The notes under the pieces are model-generated. The model was given only the letters and a program-made list of their open reading frames with translations, made no database searches and had not been told where the DNA came from. Below are positions 1 through 11,199 of a DNA stretch of 18,549 nucleotides, piece after piece. The position numbers and the translations under genes were made by a program. Source of the stretch: Ginkgo biloba. Lineage: Eukaryota > Plantae > Ginkgophyta. Each line of letters begins with the position of its first letter. Position 1 is the stretch's first letter. Location: contig JANKJI020000002.1 of assembly GCA_024626585.2 (NCBI GenBank), forward strand, positions 52,053,372 through 52,071,920, read 5' to 3'.

Positions 1-1248
1 CTAATATATTTCACATATTGAGATGTGACTAAGGGGTATCCTAGTATCTCTCAATGATTTGACTAATCATATTGGTGATCGAATTAGGAGGAGAGTGACA
101 TCCCTTATTATACACATCATAACAAGGGTAAGGGAACATCATTAACTTAAAAAACTACTAGAGGTCCCTACACCCTTTTATCCCTCTCTATAATTCATGT
201 AATCATTAATTTAAATGAATAAGGAAGGTCAAATGTACCATAGCTTATATGTTATGTAATTTAGTTGAGTGGAATCATATCATGGTGGTTATATATAGGT
301 CGTCTCTAATCAATTCTATCCACATAAGATGTTATTGTAGCTAGGTAAGTTTGTAATTTGTCACACTATTTTATGTATATAATGTTTAATTCTTGAGAAT
401 ATTCTATTATTTATCCTTCTATCATATGGCATGCCTTTTCCCAAGTTTTATTTATTTTCCTCAGTTCACTATAGATTTTCTTGTTCACCGACATGGGTTT
501 TTCTTACAACACATATACTTTTTTCTATAGTAGTCAACACTTAAATAATGTTTTATTCGCACTTTTGGTAAATATATGAGGTTGCATGCAAAGTACATAC
601 ACATAAAAGAGAATCTAGAAGACTAATATGAACATAATAATATATCATTTTATTAATAAATCAATCTCTCTTATATATCCAAGAGGAGAATATCTTACAA
701 AGTTGGTTTGTGCACAAGTGTAAGAATGCCAATACATATATAGATCTCTTATGTCCTATACCTTCTTATATAGCTAGATTAGGTCCATTATTAATATCTA
801 TATAAATATTAATATGCCANNNNNNNNNNNNNNNNNNNNTTATCCATGTAAGGAGTCATCTTGTGTGCATTGGAATGTTACTAATCTATTAGAAAATACA
901 ATATAGGAAAAACTCTTAATCTAAGCTAGGACAAGGAAAGTATATGTGCACACTTTTCCCCTTTGGAAGATCCCCTTTTATACATAAAGACCATATGACC
1001 TCTAAATGGTGTTAAGCCTATTATATCCTACTTATATCTATGTGTGAACCTAATGGCACTTCAAGGATTTAGTCTAAATTCTCTTTTTCTACATTTGGAT
1101 TTGTTAATACATGTTTTATAGTAAGAAATGAAATGTAAATACATGNNNNNNNNNNNNNNNNNNNNNNNNNNNNNNNNNNNNNNNNNNNNNNNNNNNNNNN
1201 NNNNNNNNNNNNNNNNNNNNNNNNNNNNNNNNNNNNNNNNNNNNNATT

Positions 1249-1718
1249 TGATAAAATTATATAAGAGAAGCAATGCTAATAGAATATTAAAATAAGATAG
1301 AAAGGAAATAATAAGAACACATCCATAAAAATACACAAGAGACTTATCCTGAAAAATGATTTCAGGAGAAAACCCAACAAAATAACACTATAATAGATAT
1401 CAAAATAAGTTATCCAAAGAGCCCTCACTTGATCATCTCATCATCAAATTTTTGCCTCTATGATATACAAGTATNNNNNNNNNNNNNNNNNNNNNAAACT
1501 ACCAAGAAATAATATATAACTATGGGTACAAAACCATAGACCCCTATAACAGCCTAAAATATTTATCGTGGGGGCTCTTGCCCCTACACCCCTATCAAGG
1601 GGAGGGGAGGAGGCAGTTGGCCCCCCAAACCCCACTATTATGGTAGGGTGTACATTCCTTAGGGTTATAAGATATATATTGGTGTAAAACATGCAAAGTA
1701 TACAACATATATCCAATA
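1249..1718 (-). mobile_element. Degenerate LTR of an LTR retrotransposon (~470 bp)
   Basis: The minus strand starts TATTGGATATATG (likely decayed TGTTGG...) and ends ...TTTTATCA next to a gap. It contains a GC-rich GGGGCTCTTGCCCC...CCCC motif (1571-1633), a TATA-like stretch (~1512-1520) and a U5-like GGGTTTTCTCC tract (~1366-1376). No PBS is visible (gap) and no TSD was found. Confidence 0.4.
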
Positions 1719-2345
1719 TATTAGTGCCATTACTTTGTGTGGTATAATAGACATGCCATTTATGGGAATGACATTATTGTTATTGATATAATCCCAATAT
1801 GCTCAACCATTTTCCAAAGAATTTTTGAAGAACTTATGATCATTTAATAATTTGAAATAAATTAATATAAATAATTGATCATGTCAATAATTACAAAATC
1901 AGGGTTTGGGTTAGGGGGAGAGGGGGATGCAAAAGAGTTCCCTAAGACGAAGAGGGAAAAATATTTGCTATGGGGCATTTAATTAGTATGACCACCATTG
2001 TTCTTAGATTTGATAATATTTAAATTATCATCCATGGACATTGCAGATCCGTTAGGCTCTACACAAGGTGGTAGTCAGATATCCATACATCATGTTTTCC
2101 CTAATAGTATGCAGATGGAGTAGAATGGTGCCTAAGCAAGCTCAAAAATTTGCCCTGAAGGTTTACCACGAGGTGAGTCCAGTACTCTTGCACTACCTAT
2201 TATTACTTTATACCCTAACAAGGTTGATGATGTAACATACCTAAANNNNNNNNNNNNNNNNNNNNNNNNNNNNNNNNNNNNNNNNNNNNNNNNNNNNNNN
2301 NNNNNNNNNNNNNNNNNNNNNNNNNNNNNNNNNNNNNNNNNNNNN

Positions 2346-3290
2346 GCATGCATTAATTGCATTGAATTTTGAATATTGTTACTTGTACTTGGCTCTCACA
2401 TTGAGATGTATTTTTTCTTGACTCACATGGTTTTCAAGGGAGATTCTATCTCCTATTTATATTTTTCTCTCTCCTCATTAAATGATATGACATGGCTTTT
2501 CCTAAATTAGTTCAGATCCCTAGGATAATTTATCTTTATTAAATGCATCCCTTTTTAGGGAATTAAATGCAACCTATTAGGAGGGTAATTAATGCACTAT
2601 CATTTTATCCTTAACTACTAATTGTTAGGAATAATGAATGAGCCTTAATTTAATCCTAAGTTGGCTTTTACCTATGTTGACCATGTCATAATTGCTTCTT
2701 AATGTTTGAATGAACTTAATTTGGCTCAACCTATGTTGACCAACATTGACATCATCATAAATTCTATTAATTAATATCAATTGGCATTATCTTTAATGTC
2801 TTAAATAATGTTAGACTAAACTCACATTGACCAACATTGATTACATCATAAATGATCCTTATTTAAGTCAATTTTTAAGCCTTTGACCATGCTTGATTAG
2901 CAAATTGTATAACATTAATTACCTTCCTTTTACTACGACTTTGACCACATTTGACTAGTGTCTTTTACTACCTTGGACCTATTGCTAATGTCATTAATGG
3001 TATTGTTGATATCATATATATGTTATCGCAACACTACTTAGAGTACCATGTTATCACTAAGTGTTGTGTCATCACTTGGAGTTCCATATCATCACTTAGA
3101 CTACCATATCATCATTTGGATTGCCATGTCATCACTTGGATTGCCTTTAACCAATGAAATAGGGTTATTTTGACTTAGTCAACATTATTTGACTGACTAT
3201 TCAAGAGATTTTGACCTTCCTTAAGATGAATTTATCCTTCCTTACAATGGTTTTGCCCAATCTTAAGTTAATTTTGATCTATTTTAATAT
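2346..3290. repeat. Repeat-derived, probably LTR, AT-rich segment with internal short repeats
   Basis: Recurrent CCTATGTTGACCA / TTGACCAACATTGA / CTTTGACCA motifs (2671-2950), a 20-bp minisatellite (3041-3145) and a minus-strand TATAAATA near 2454-2461. No coding signal. Confidence 0.35.
3041..3145 (+). repeat. 20-bp minisatellite, ~5.3 copies, consensus GATTGCCATGTCATCACTTG
   Basis: Units start at 3041, 3061 (18 nt), 3079, 3099, 3119 and 3139 (partial); read directly. Confidence 0.85.
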
Positions 3291-3535
3291 AGTGTAGATG
3301 GACGTCCTCTTTCATTCATAGCATGCCCTCTATGGATGGCATGTTATCCTTCTATAAATACAACTAAGGAGCAACTTGAATAGGGTGGCATGGACGAGAT
3401 GTGGTAGAGGAATTAACACACAATGGCATAGAGGATGGTCCAATGCGTAATATAAGGAAAATGTTTATAAAACTTGCAACAAGTTTTTCATGAGATTCAT
3501 GGGTGAAAAAGGCCAAAAACTATAGTGAAGAACCA

Positions 3536-3830
3536 AGTAGAAGATTGGCATCTATGCTTGACGGGCAGTAATTTTAATGGTTACATTATTTCACGAATAT
3601 ATAAGTGCTTCATAATGAAAATAAATGGGGTGTTAGGGATAAAAAAATCTTTATGAACAAGGTCTGGTTATGTAGTGAAAGAGACCTAAAATGAATTACA
3701 AACATAGAGAGAATAACAACTCATTTCAAAGACATTTTAACAAATTGGAAGAGAACAATTTAGTAGATGAATTCTTTGAAAAACTGGGGACTTGAGGAAA
3801 TAGGGAGCAAATTGAGAAATAGAAATTCTG
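3536..3830 (+). mobile_element. Highly decayed LINE (L1-like) ORF2 AP-endonuclease relic
   Basis: The frame from 3536 reads SRRLASM (cf. SGGL..W, explained by G>A changes), FTNI* (cf. NIY), and VWLCSERDLK*I (cf. W..GGDFN.I). After a frameshift it reads LEENNLVD....T*GN (cf. L.D....TW.N). Motif order matches plant LINE endonuclease. Multiple stops. Confidence 0.5.
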
Positions 3831-4031
3831 AGATAATAGATGAACCTGGAGATAGGGATGTTTCTCCAAATTGACAAGAGACATTGCATAGCTTGTCTTA
3901 TATAGGTGCTTGCCCAAAGAAATTGATTCNNNNNNNNNNNNNNNNNNNNNNNNNNNNNNNNNNNNNNNNNNNNNNNNNNNNNNNNNNNNNNNNNNNNNNN
4001 NNNNNNNNNNNNNNNNNNNNNNNNNNNNNCG

Positions 4032-4112
4032 TACCTGGAGAGACATGGTATCTATGCAGTCGAAGAATTCGAAGTCCAAGGGCCATGGTATCAGAAGAAA
4101 TTTCGAATGTAG
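4032..4112 (+). other. Possible terminal coding exon fragment of an unidentified gene (YLERHGIYAVEEFEVQGPWYQKKFRM*)
   Basis: The frame is open from the gap edge to TAG at 4110-4112. The peptide looks protein-like, CpGs are retained, and UTR-like sequence follows with an A-rich signal near 4294-4310. No family recognised. Confidence 0.2.
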
Positions 4113-4509
4113 GAGGGAGGAAAAATGCTTTGTTTACCTTTCTTTGGAGTAAACTCTCTTCAACCAGAGTTGAATATGGATTAAGACCGAGTTAACAGTG
4201 TATGAAGGAAACAAGGAACGAAAAACTACCGCTTTGTACTCTTGTAACGGTCATTCTGGGCGAATGTGTTCAGTGGAGAGCGCCTATCGGATCAAAAATA
4301 AGTAATGAAACTAAATGTTGGGATTAATTAGATAACTTGTGAATTCCACACTCCACCAATAGAGGTTAGTATGCAATCATTAATAATTTATCAATGAATA
4401 TGCATTTATAATAAAATAATATTAATTGCTTATGCATAAATAACTGTGGCCAACAAATTTCCCATTAATGCCTTGGACTTCACACAAAAACCACTTGGCA
4501 GAAAAACCA

Positions 4510-4540
4510 TGTTGCAATTCCACCCGAAGGAATTGCAACA
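4510..4540. repeat. Perfect 12-bp inverted repeat TGTTGCAATTCC-N7-GGAATTGCAACA
   Basis: Arms 4510-4521 and 4529-4540 are exact reverse complements. Confidence 0.9.
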
Positions 4541-5078
4541 AAGATATCCATTTTCACTTAAATCCAAGCATGCACCTTGTCCTTCAAACTTGCACCTTGT
4601 TCTAGAATTCATCGGCTTACCATAGAGTCCACGAAGATTTCAACACAGAGAATCTTTTAAAAAAAAAAATTATGTTGCAATTCCATTTGGGGTGACAATT
4701 CTACCACAGTTTTCACTGGATAGATTATGCATAAAATTCAACGTGCATTGATATAGAGATTGTTGACCCAATAGACTTCTCCCATAAATAACAAAGAGAC
4801 TTAATTTTAAATACAAATTCTACAATTTTAATAATGTTGTTTTATACTCGCACTAAAATGTACATTAAATATTATTAATTTCATTAAACTCTCATTTTAA
4901 AATATATATTTCATACTAACTCTCCCATTATTTTCAACGGAGATTGATCTTAAGCAACGACTCTAAAAACTCTTACGACCTGTTCCTTCCGCGAAAGAAA
5001 TGGAAATGTCGCCGCTGTGATTAAGATATTACTCGTTGTTTGTTGTCCAAAACTGCCAAACTGTGACAGCTGTTACTC

Positions 5079-6560
5079 TTAATTGGATTCAGTCGTGGCT
5101 GATCTATGTTCCATCCTCACTACGTTCGCTTGCGCGTAAACACTCAATTTTTCTCTTTGCTGGAAGTAAACCATGAGAGCAAGCAGCAAAGCAATCAGTG
5201 ATATTACAATATGTCCGACCGTGGAAAGGTAAACCAACCTTAGATTTGGAAAATCGTCCTCGCTCTTAAAAGTTGGCTTTGAAATTGGAGAACTCCAACT
5301 GTAAGCATAGACGTGAGGCAGGACATTGAGCACAGTAATACCAACATAATAAAGTTTTCTCAGAGGTTTACCTTCAACTTGCCAATGGAGACTCACAACA
5401 AGTTGAGGAAGCAGAAACAAATCTTGAATCACACCCGCATATATCTTAAACCCGTCCACACTGCCTGCCCATTTCGGCTGCCAAATCGTTTGGTTCCCTC
5501 TAGCAATAATATAAATGTTCGACACTATCATTAAGCCAGTGGCATACATACACACGCAAAAGACAAAGACTAGCTTATCACTTGGAACTGTCCATCGTTC
5601 CAGAGGTCGCTGAACCATGAGACGAACTCGGGATTTCCAAATTTTTTGACCAAGCCTGATTGTCAGCAGAAAAGCAATTAACAACAAAACTTCGATCATG
5701 TAGCCAACGGTATGTTGCCCGATGCCTTCCTTGATAACAGAATCATTGGTGTCCAACGTTGACCCTGCAAAAAGGGTCTCTGTAGCAGTTATGAGATGAA
5801 TAATGTATCCCACTGCCTGAACGCCCAGCATAACAAGAGAAATATATGGAGTCGCATCTCTGTAGCGTCTTGTGTACGCCAATTGGCTGAGAATAGAAGC
5901 TATCAGCATTGTTAATGTCAAAATGCTGAGCATCCCTTCCAAACTTTTGCGAGAAATTATTTCTGGAGTTTGACCGTAGTATAGAATTGGCAGCGTCTGA
6001 AAACTCATCGGCGGGAAGAAAAGCCGATCATTTTTTGTTCGGTTGCTGGTGATGGAAACCTTCACAGTGGGTTTGATGAACAACCTCCCATTTGTGGGCG
6101 GATATTCCAATACCATTTCAACTCTGCAATCCCGCCCGTTTTCCAGATCCCGATCGTTGTTGTGAAAAAATCGCCTTTGAGCTCTAACGTCCAAGCATCC
6201 AATAAGATACATTCTTCCCACTCTTGGATCATACAGACCCTCTACAGAGAGCTTCCAAGCTCTTGAAAATAATCCTTCTAGTTTTATATGCGCTGCAATC
6301 TTGAGTAAGCGCTTCTCCTCTCCGAGACTCGGATCCGAGGATTCCTTAAAAACATCGCGGCTGCCATATTTCAACCCTTCTGATAAATCCATGCCCACAA
6401 ATTCCTCAATAGCTATTATATATAAGTCTATAGTCCCCTTGCCCAACCTGGGATCCGAAACATGCATAGAATGCAAAGACAGATCTGGGCATAATACAAA
6501 GAAACTCTCTCTCAGCCTTCCGAACTTCTTCCACGGATACTTGAACAAGAGTTTCTTCAT
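5079..6560 (-). CDS. DUF2921-family multi-pass membrane protein (At1g52780-like), C-terminal half only; 5'-truncated gene or young pseudogene
   Basis: Uninterrupted 493-aa ORF with family motifs EGLYDPRVGRMYLIGCLDVRA, DC.VE..LEYPP, PYISLVMLGVQAVGY, RLGQKIWKSR, VPSD, QDLFLLPQ, KPLRKLYYVGIT and QQR, plus about 7 hydrophobic segments. Recalled homologs are roughly twice as long. Confidence 0.85.
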   Translation of the reverse strand: MKKLLFKYPWKKFGRLRESFFVLCPDLSLHSMHVSDPRLGKGTIDLYIIAIEEFVGMDLSEGLKYGSRDVFKESSDPSLGEEKRLLKIAAHIKLEGLFSRAWKLSVEGLYDPRVGRMYLIGCLDVRAQRRFFHNNDRDLENGRDCRVEMVLEYPPTNGRLFIKPTVKVSITSNRTKNDRLFFPPMSFQTLPILYYGQTPEIISRKSLEGMLSILTLTMLIASILSQLAYTRRYRDATPYISLVMLGVQAVGYIIHLITATETLFAGSTLDTNDSVIKEGIGQHTVGYMIEVLLLIAFLLTIRLGQKIWKSRVRLMVQRPLERWTVPSDKLVFVFCVCMYATGLMIVSNIYIIARGNQTIWQPKWAGSVDGFKIYAGVIQDLFLLPQLVVSLHWQVEGKPLRKLYYVGITVLNVLPHVYAYSWSSPISKPTFKSEDDFPNLRLVYLSTVGHIVISLIALLLALMVYFQQREKLSVYAQANVVRMEHRSATTESN

Positions 6561-7469
6561 TAAGACTTTTTTAAGAGGTTAAGGATCCTCTCCATGCCTT
6601 ATGCCAAAGATATCCTTACACTCATGCTACCAAGGATGTAAGAAGGATTCTTCTCCTCACAAAGACACATTCCTACCGAAAATTATCCAAGCGCAAATGA
6701 TAACAAGATGGAACGAAAGATAACTTTCCCAATTCCCTAAAAAAAATTCTCATACTTATTTTCAATGCAAGGATAAATAATCAAGTGAAAAAATACATTA
6801 AATATTAGGGAAATGTTAAGAGGTGATGTTGCAGTCCATGTAGCAAGCCTCTCATGGGATAGAGGTGCCACCCTCCACAACCCAGGACATATTGACCCCG
6901 TATTGTACTCCCAAGGAACTCAAGTCAAACTTCCCAATTTTGTTCAATATCTCCAAAGGAAGAGGTGATCACATGGATCTAATATCTTCCTTCCTCAAGG
7001 AAGCATGTCAAAAATAAAAATTTGGAGGATTCTTTCAGATGGTAATTCATCATGAGCACAAAATCTTCTTTTTTTTTTAAATCCTCTCCCTAAAAGTTTA
7101 AATTAAAATTTAAAAAGTTGTGTGCTTATTTTCCTAACATTCTCAAACATGTGTGATCATGAGCTAGGTGAAGGAGGCACACCCTGATCTATTTTGAATC
7201 CCAAAAATCAATATTTTTGTTAATTTTTTATAAAGTCCCAACTTGTAATTGAAATTTAGAGGAAAATGATCAATTTTGATCTTAAGTTCCTCATGGAAAG
7301 AGGTGTAGATTTTTCCATGAGATTTACAAAAAAATAATGGCATAGAAAATGGAGTTGTGGTTCAAGAGTNNNNNNNNNNNNNNNNNNNNNNNNNNNNNNN
7401 NNNNNNNNNNNNNNNNNNNNNNNNNNNNNNNNNNNNNNNNNNNNNNNNNNNNNNNNNNNNNNNNNNNNN

Positions 7470-8659
7470 ACAGGGGTTTTCAACTGGAGAAACCCTCTCG
7501 GGTAATAAAACCCTAGGATGTCATTACATAAAACTTTGGAACCATTACAATACCCTCAACGGCTCTTCCTCACTATCGGAGGGCATCACAATGAAATACA
7601 AGTCGTTAATCAAGGCCAACACCCCCTGAGTCTCGAGTTGCCTCTGTCGACAGTTCTACTCGGATCTGCTCAACTTGCTCTTACTTTGGCGGGATCCTCA
7701 ATGCCACCTTCGACTGCCTCTAGCTTGGTGTTCTGTCAGGTATCATCTCTGCGTCAAGTTGCCTCCATCAACGATTCTACTCGGGTCTACACAATTTGCC
7801 TGTACCCGATAGAATCCTCAACGCCCCTTCTGACTGCCCCAAGCTCGGCATTCTATTGGGTATTCTTATCTACCTCAAGTTGCCTCCATCGATGGTTCTA
7901 ATCGAGTCTTCACATTCTTGAATCATTCTCCTGAGTTTCCTCTCTCAATGATCTACCCNNNNNNNNNNNNNNNNNNNNNNNNNNNNNNNNNNNNNNNNNN
8001 NNNNNNNNNNNNNNNNNNNNNNNNNNNNNNNNNNNNNNNNNNNNNNNNNNNNNNNNNNNNNNNNNNNNNNNNNGCTTGTATGGAACTTCCTCTCTCGACG
8101 ATGGGTTCCTTCTTTGCTCTACAACAACCAAAAATATTGGACCAACTCTCTCATCTTCCTCCTTTCTCCAGGATTTTACACTTCGTTCAAAGGTTTGAGT
8201 GTGTCTCCCTCAATGGCTCAGTTGGTGGGAGTAGCTGCAACGACTTCCTGCCATTAATGCTTTGCAACGGCTTCCCTTGTCCTCGTGTCGACCATCTTTG
8301 GGTGCAATTATCTCCTAACTATCCCATCACAACTTTGGGTGGTTGAATGCTCAAAGTGGTTGCGCTAAGTCTTTACCTCACTCCTTCCTTCCTTATTGCC
8401 ATCAAATCCAATATCAAAATTGTTTGTTGATTTTCCATCTAAATGTTACCACTATATCATCTCCGCAAAATTGTACAAAATTTGTACACCTCTTTAGAGT
8501 ACTACAACGATGCTCCTACATCATTCTTGGGTAAGGCAGAATCATAGGTGTGTAGTAGGTCCAATGGNNNNNNNNNNNNNNNNNNNNNNNNNNNNNNNNN
8601 NNNNNNNNNNNNNNNNNNNNNNNNNNNNNNNNAGGTTTGTGTGTGAAGAGGTGTCAATA
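7470..8659 (-). mobile_element. LTR-retrotransposon LTR-like segment (boundaries uncertain; may extend left towards ~6580)
   Basis: The minus strand begins TATTGACACCTCTT (likely decayed TGTTGAC...) at 8659. U5-like TAGGGTTTT...GAGGGTTTCTCC tracts occur at ~7486-7516, and there is an internal 121-bp tandem repeat. ORFs here are spurious. No TSD or PBS seen. Confidence 0.4.
7636..7915 (+). repeat. Diverged 121-bp tandem repeat, ~2.3 copies
   Basis: The anchor AGTTGCCTC recurs at 7636, 7757 and 7878. Internal blocks TTCTACTCGG, ATCCTCAA.GCC and GACTGCC align between copies. Confidence 0.85.
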
Positions 8660-8868
8660 TATTTGACTTTGTAATGGGTGGCATTAGTTACCTTGCCTCG
8701 CCATTGGGAAAACTTTTAATTGGGCTTGCTAGTATGTAGATCATTTTAATGAGTTATGTACTATGACTCAACAAAATGATAAATATTTTCTTACCCCTTT
8801 GGTCTTGTACTTAATGGCCTTGGAATGGATTGACAAGTTGGATTAAGTGGATTCAACAATAATGCCTA

Positions 8869-9445
8869 GAAGTCGGGCCTACGCGACCCTGGATAGATGT
8901 TCTTAGCATCTGGATGAGGATGAAGATGCATCAGTCATCTCATTCAAACAAATACTCAAATACAAGAGCTTAACGATAGCCAAGAAAGAGCAATTTTATT
9001 GTTGAATTACAACAAAGAGTAATGGTCAGAGGTAGATTGGGAGGACGTAATTTATGGGGTTAACATTGCCCTAAAAGGAATACTAGAGAATTTATAGTTT
9101 ATACCTTTTGTCCGTTGGATGGCAAAATCGAGGATAAAATGTAGGCTATGAAGAAGGTCATTTTACAACGCAATCCCTGGGTTTACACAAATGTGAATAC
9201 ATTGGGTAGCTTTAGGTCAGCCGGCAGCTTTGAGGAGGATTAAGGGGAAGAGAAAAGAACGTTATTGCAAAAGAGTCGGTCATTATAAAGGCAACAGACA
9301 AATTGATCATCCTCTCAGTAACTAAATTGACTTAATGGATTACGAAAGTGCGGGAGAACCTTCATCGGAAGGAAGTGGATACTCTTTTAGAAGGTGTTGA
9401 ATTATTGAAGACAAACATCCGGACACATGCCCACCTTCCTCCTGA
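8869..9445 (+). mobile_element. Decayed LINE ORF1 relic (DUF4283-like region, possible zinc-knuckle remnant)
   Basis: The frame from 8869 reads GPTRPWIDVLSIWM...SNFIVEL...GGRNLWG*H...FCP...NTLGSF, matching motif order in plant L1 ORF1. DYES and SGHM remnants lie downstream. Several stops. Confidence 0.45.
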
Positions 9446-11199
9446 ATGAACTCCACTCACAGTTGTTAAGGGGCTAAAAAAGATTAGATTGTATAGGCAT
9501 GACATTAGAACCTTAGCCTCCTCGTCGACATGAGCAATTAGGTTGCAGTAGCCCTGTAGAAAATGGCACTTAAGTTTAGAATAGATGAGGCATCCAAGTG
9601 GTAGCCACTGCTAGGAGAGCACAAGATTTCGGCCAAGGGAGGGACGAAGCAGAGGCATTAATGATGTAGGTGGCCCTTGCACAAGATCAATCCCAACTAC
9701 CATAATGAGCGCAGACTGCCATGTAGAAAGCTTCCATTGTATTTCCCATTGCAGCTACAACGTCGAAATAGGTGAAATTCCTTTGGGAGTAGTAGCTCAN
9801 NNNNNNNNNNNNNNNNNNNNNNNNNNNNNNNNNNNNNNNNNNNNNNNNNNNNNNNNNNNNNNNNNNNNNNNNNNNNNNNNNNNNNNNNNNNNNNNNNNNN
9901 NNNNNNNNNNNNNNNNNNNNNNNNNNNNNNNNNNNNNNNNNNNNNNNNNNNNNNNNNNNNNNNNNNNNNNNNNNNNNNNNNNNNNNNNNNNNNNNNNNNN
10001 NNNNNNNNNNNNNNNNNNNNNNNNNNNNNNNNNNNNNNNNNNNNNNNNNNNNNNNNNNNNNNNNNNNNNNNNNNNNNNNNNNNNNNNNNNNNNNNNNNNN
10101 NNNNNNNNNNNNNNNNNNNNNNNNNNNNNNNNNNNNNNNNNNNNNNNNNNNNNNNNNNNNNNNNNNNNNNNNNNNNNNNNNNNNNNNNNNNNNNNNNNNN
10201 NNNNNNNNNNNNNNNNNNNNNNNNNNNNNNNNNNNNNNNNNNNNNNNNNNNNNNNNNNNNNNNNNNNNNNNNNNNNNNNNNNNNNNNNNNNNNNNNNNNN
10301 NNNNNNNNNNNNNNNNNNNNNNNNNNNNNNNNNNNNNNNNNNNNNNNNNNNNNNNNNNNNNNNNNNNNNNNNNNNNNNNNNNNNNNNNNNNNNNNNNNNN
10401 NNNNNNNNNNNNNNNNNNNNNNNNNNNNNNNNNNNNNNNNNNNNNNNNNNNNNNNNNNNNNNNNNNNNNNNNNNNNNNNNNNNNNNNNNNNNNNNNNNNN
10501 NNNNNNNNNNNNNNNNNNNNNNNNNNNNNNNNNNNNNNNNNNNNNNNNNNNNNNNNNNNNNNNNNNNNNNNNNNNNNNNNNNNNNNNNNNNNNNNNNNNN
10601 NNNNNNNNNNNNNNNNNNNNNNNNNNNNNNNNNNNNNNNNNNNNNNNNNNNNNNNNNNNNNNNNNNNTTTTTTTTAAATCATCGGATCTTGTGACTTAGA
10701 TTGTCGTTGTGCACTTGGAATCACCATCACAACTCCTTGTCATCTCTCCATCACCAGCTCATATTGTAGGGGTTACCAATCCACTACTTGCATCATAAAT
10801 CAAACACCCATAGTATACAATGAAGAGTCAAATTCGGAGCAATTCATATCTGGATATACTATCAGGTCGATTGTAAGATCTTCATTGACACCTATCTTGA
10901 TGGCTCAAGATAGTTAGCAGATTAATCTTTCTCTAGTAAGCCCAGTTCTCAGAAGTGTCAAGCATCCACCCTCTAAATCTTTATTTGAGAAATAATTGGC
11001 TGGTGGGTCACAACAATAGTGTCAACATCAGCGAAGCAGAAAAAATCAATGCCAACTAGTCAGCACTGGTTTACCAGATACTAGTTATAAACTAGATGGA
11101 AATTTCCAGTAAAAGCCTTTGACAATTAGAGTTCATAGTCAATAGAAGCTTCCACTACACTTTAAAAAGGGACTACTAACTAAAGGAAGGCCCTTGCCC

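Noticed and set aside
3041-3145. CRISPR-like array
   Set aside because: Units are contiguous with no unique spacers, the context is eukaryotic, and no cas genes are present.
4084-4096. PBS-like CATGGTATCAGA
   Set aside because: Only a 10-nt match with no LTR context; plausible by chance.
5313-6582. Plus-strand ORFs of 73 and 93 aa
   Set aside because: Antisense shadows of the DUF2921 coding sequence.
9705-10694. 329-aa ORF and other ORFs spanning N runs
   Set aside because: Their length comes from translated Ns; they are assembly-gap artefacts.
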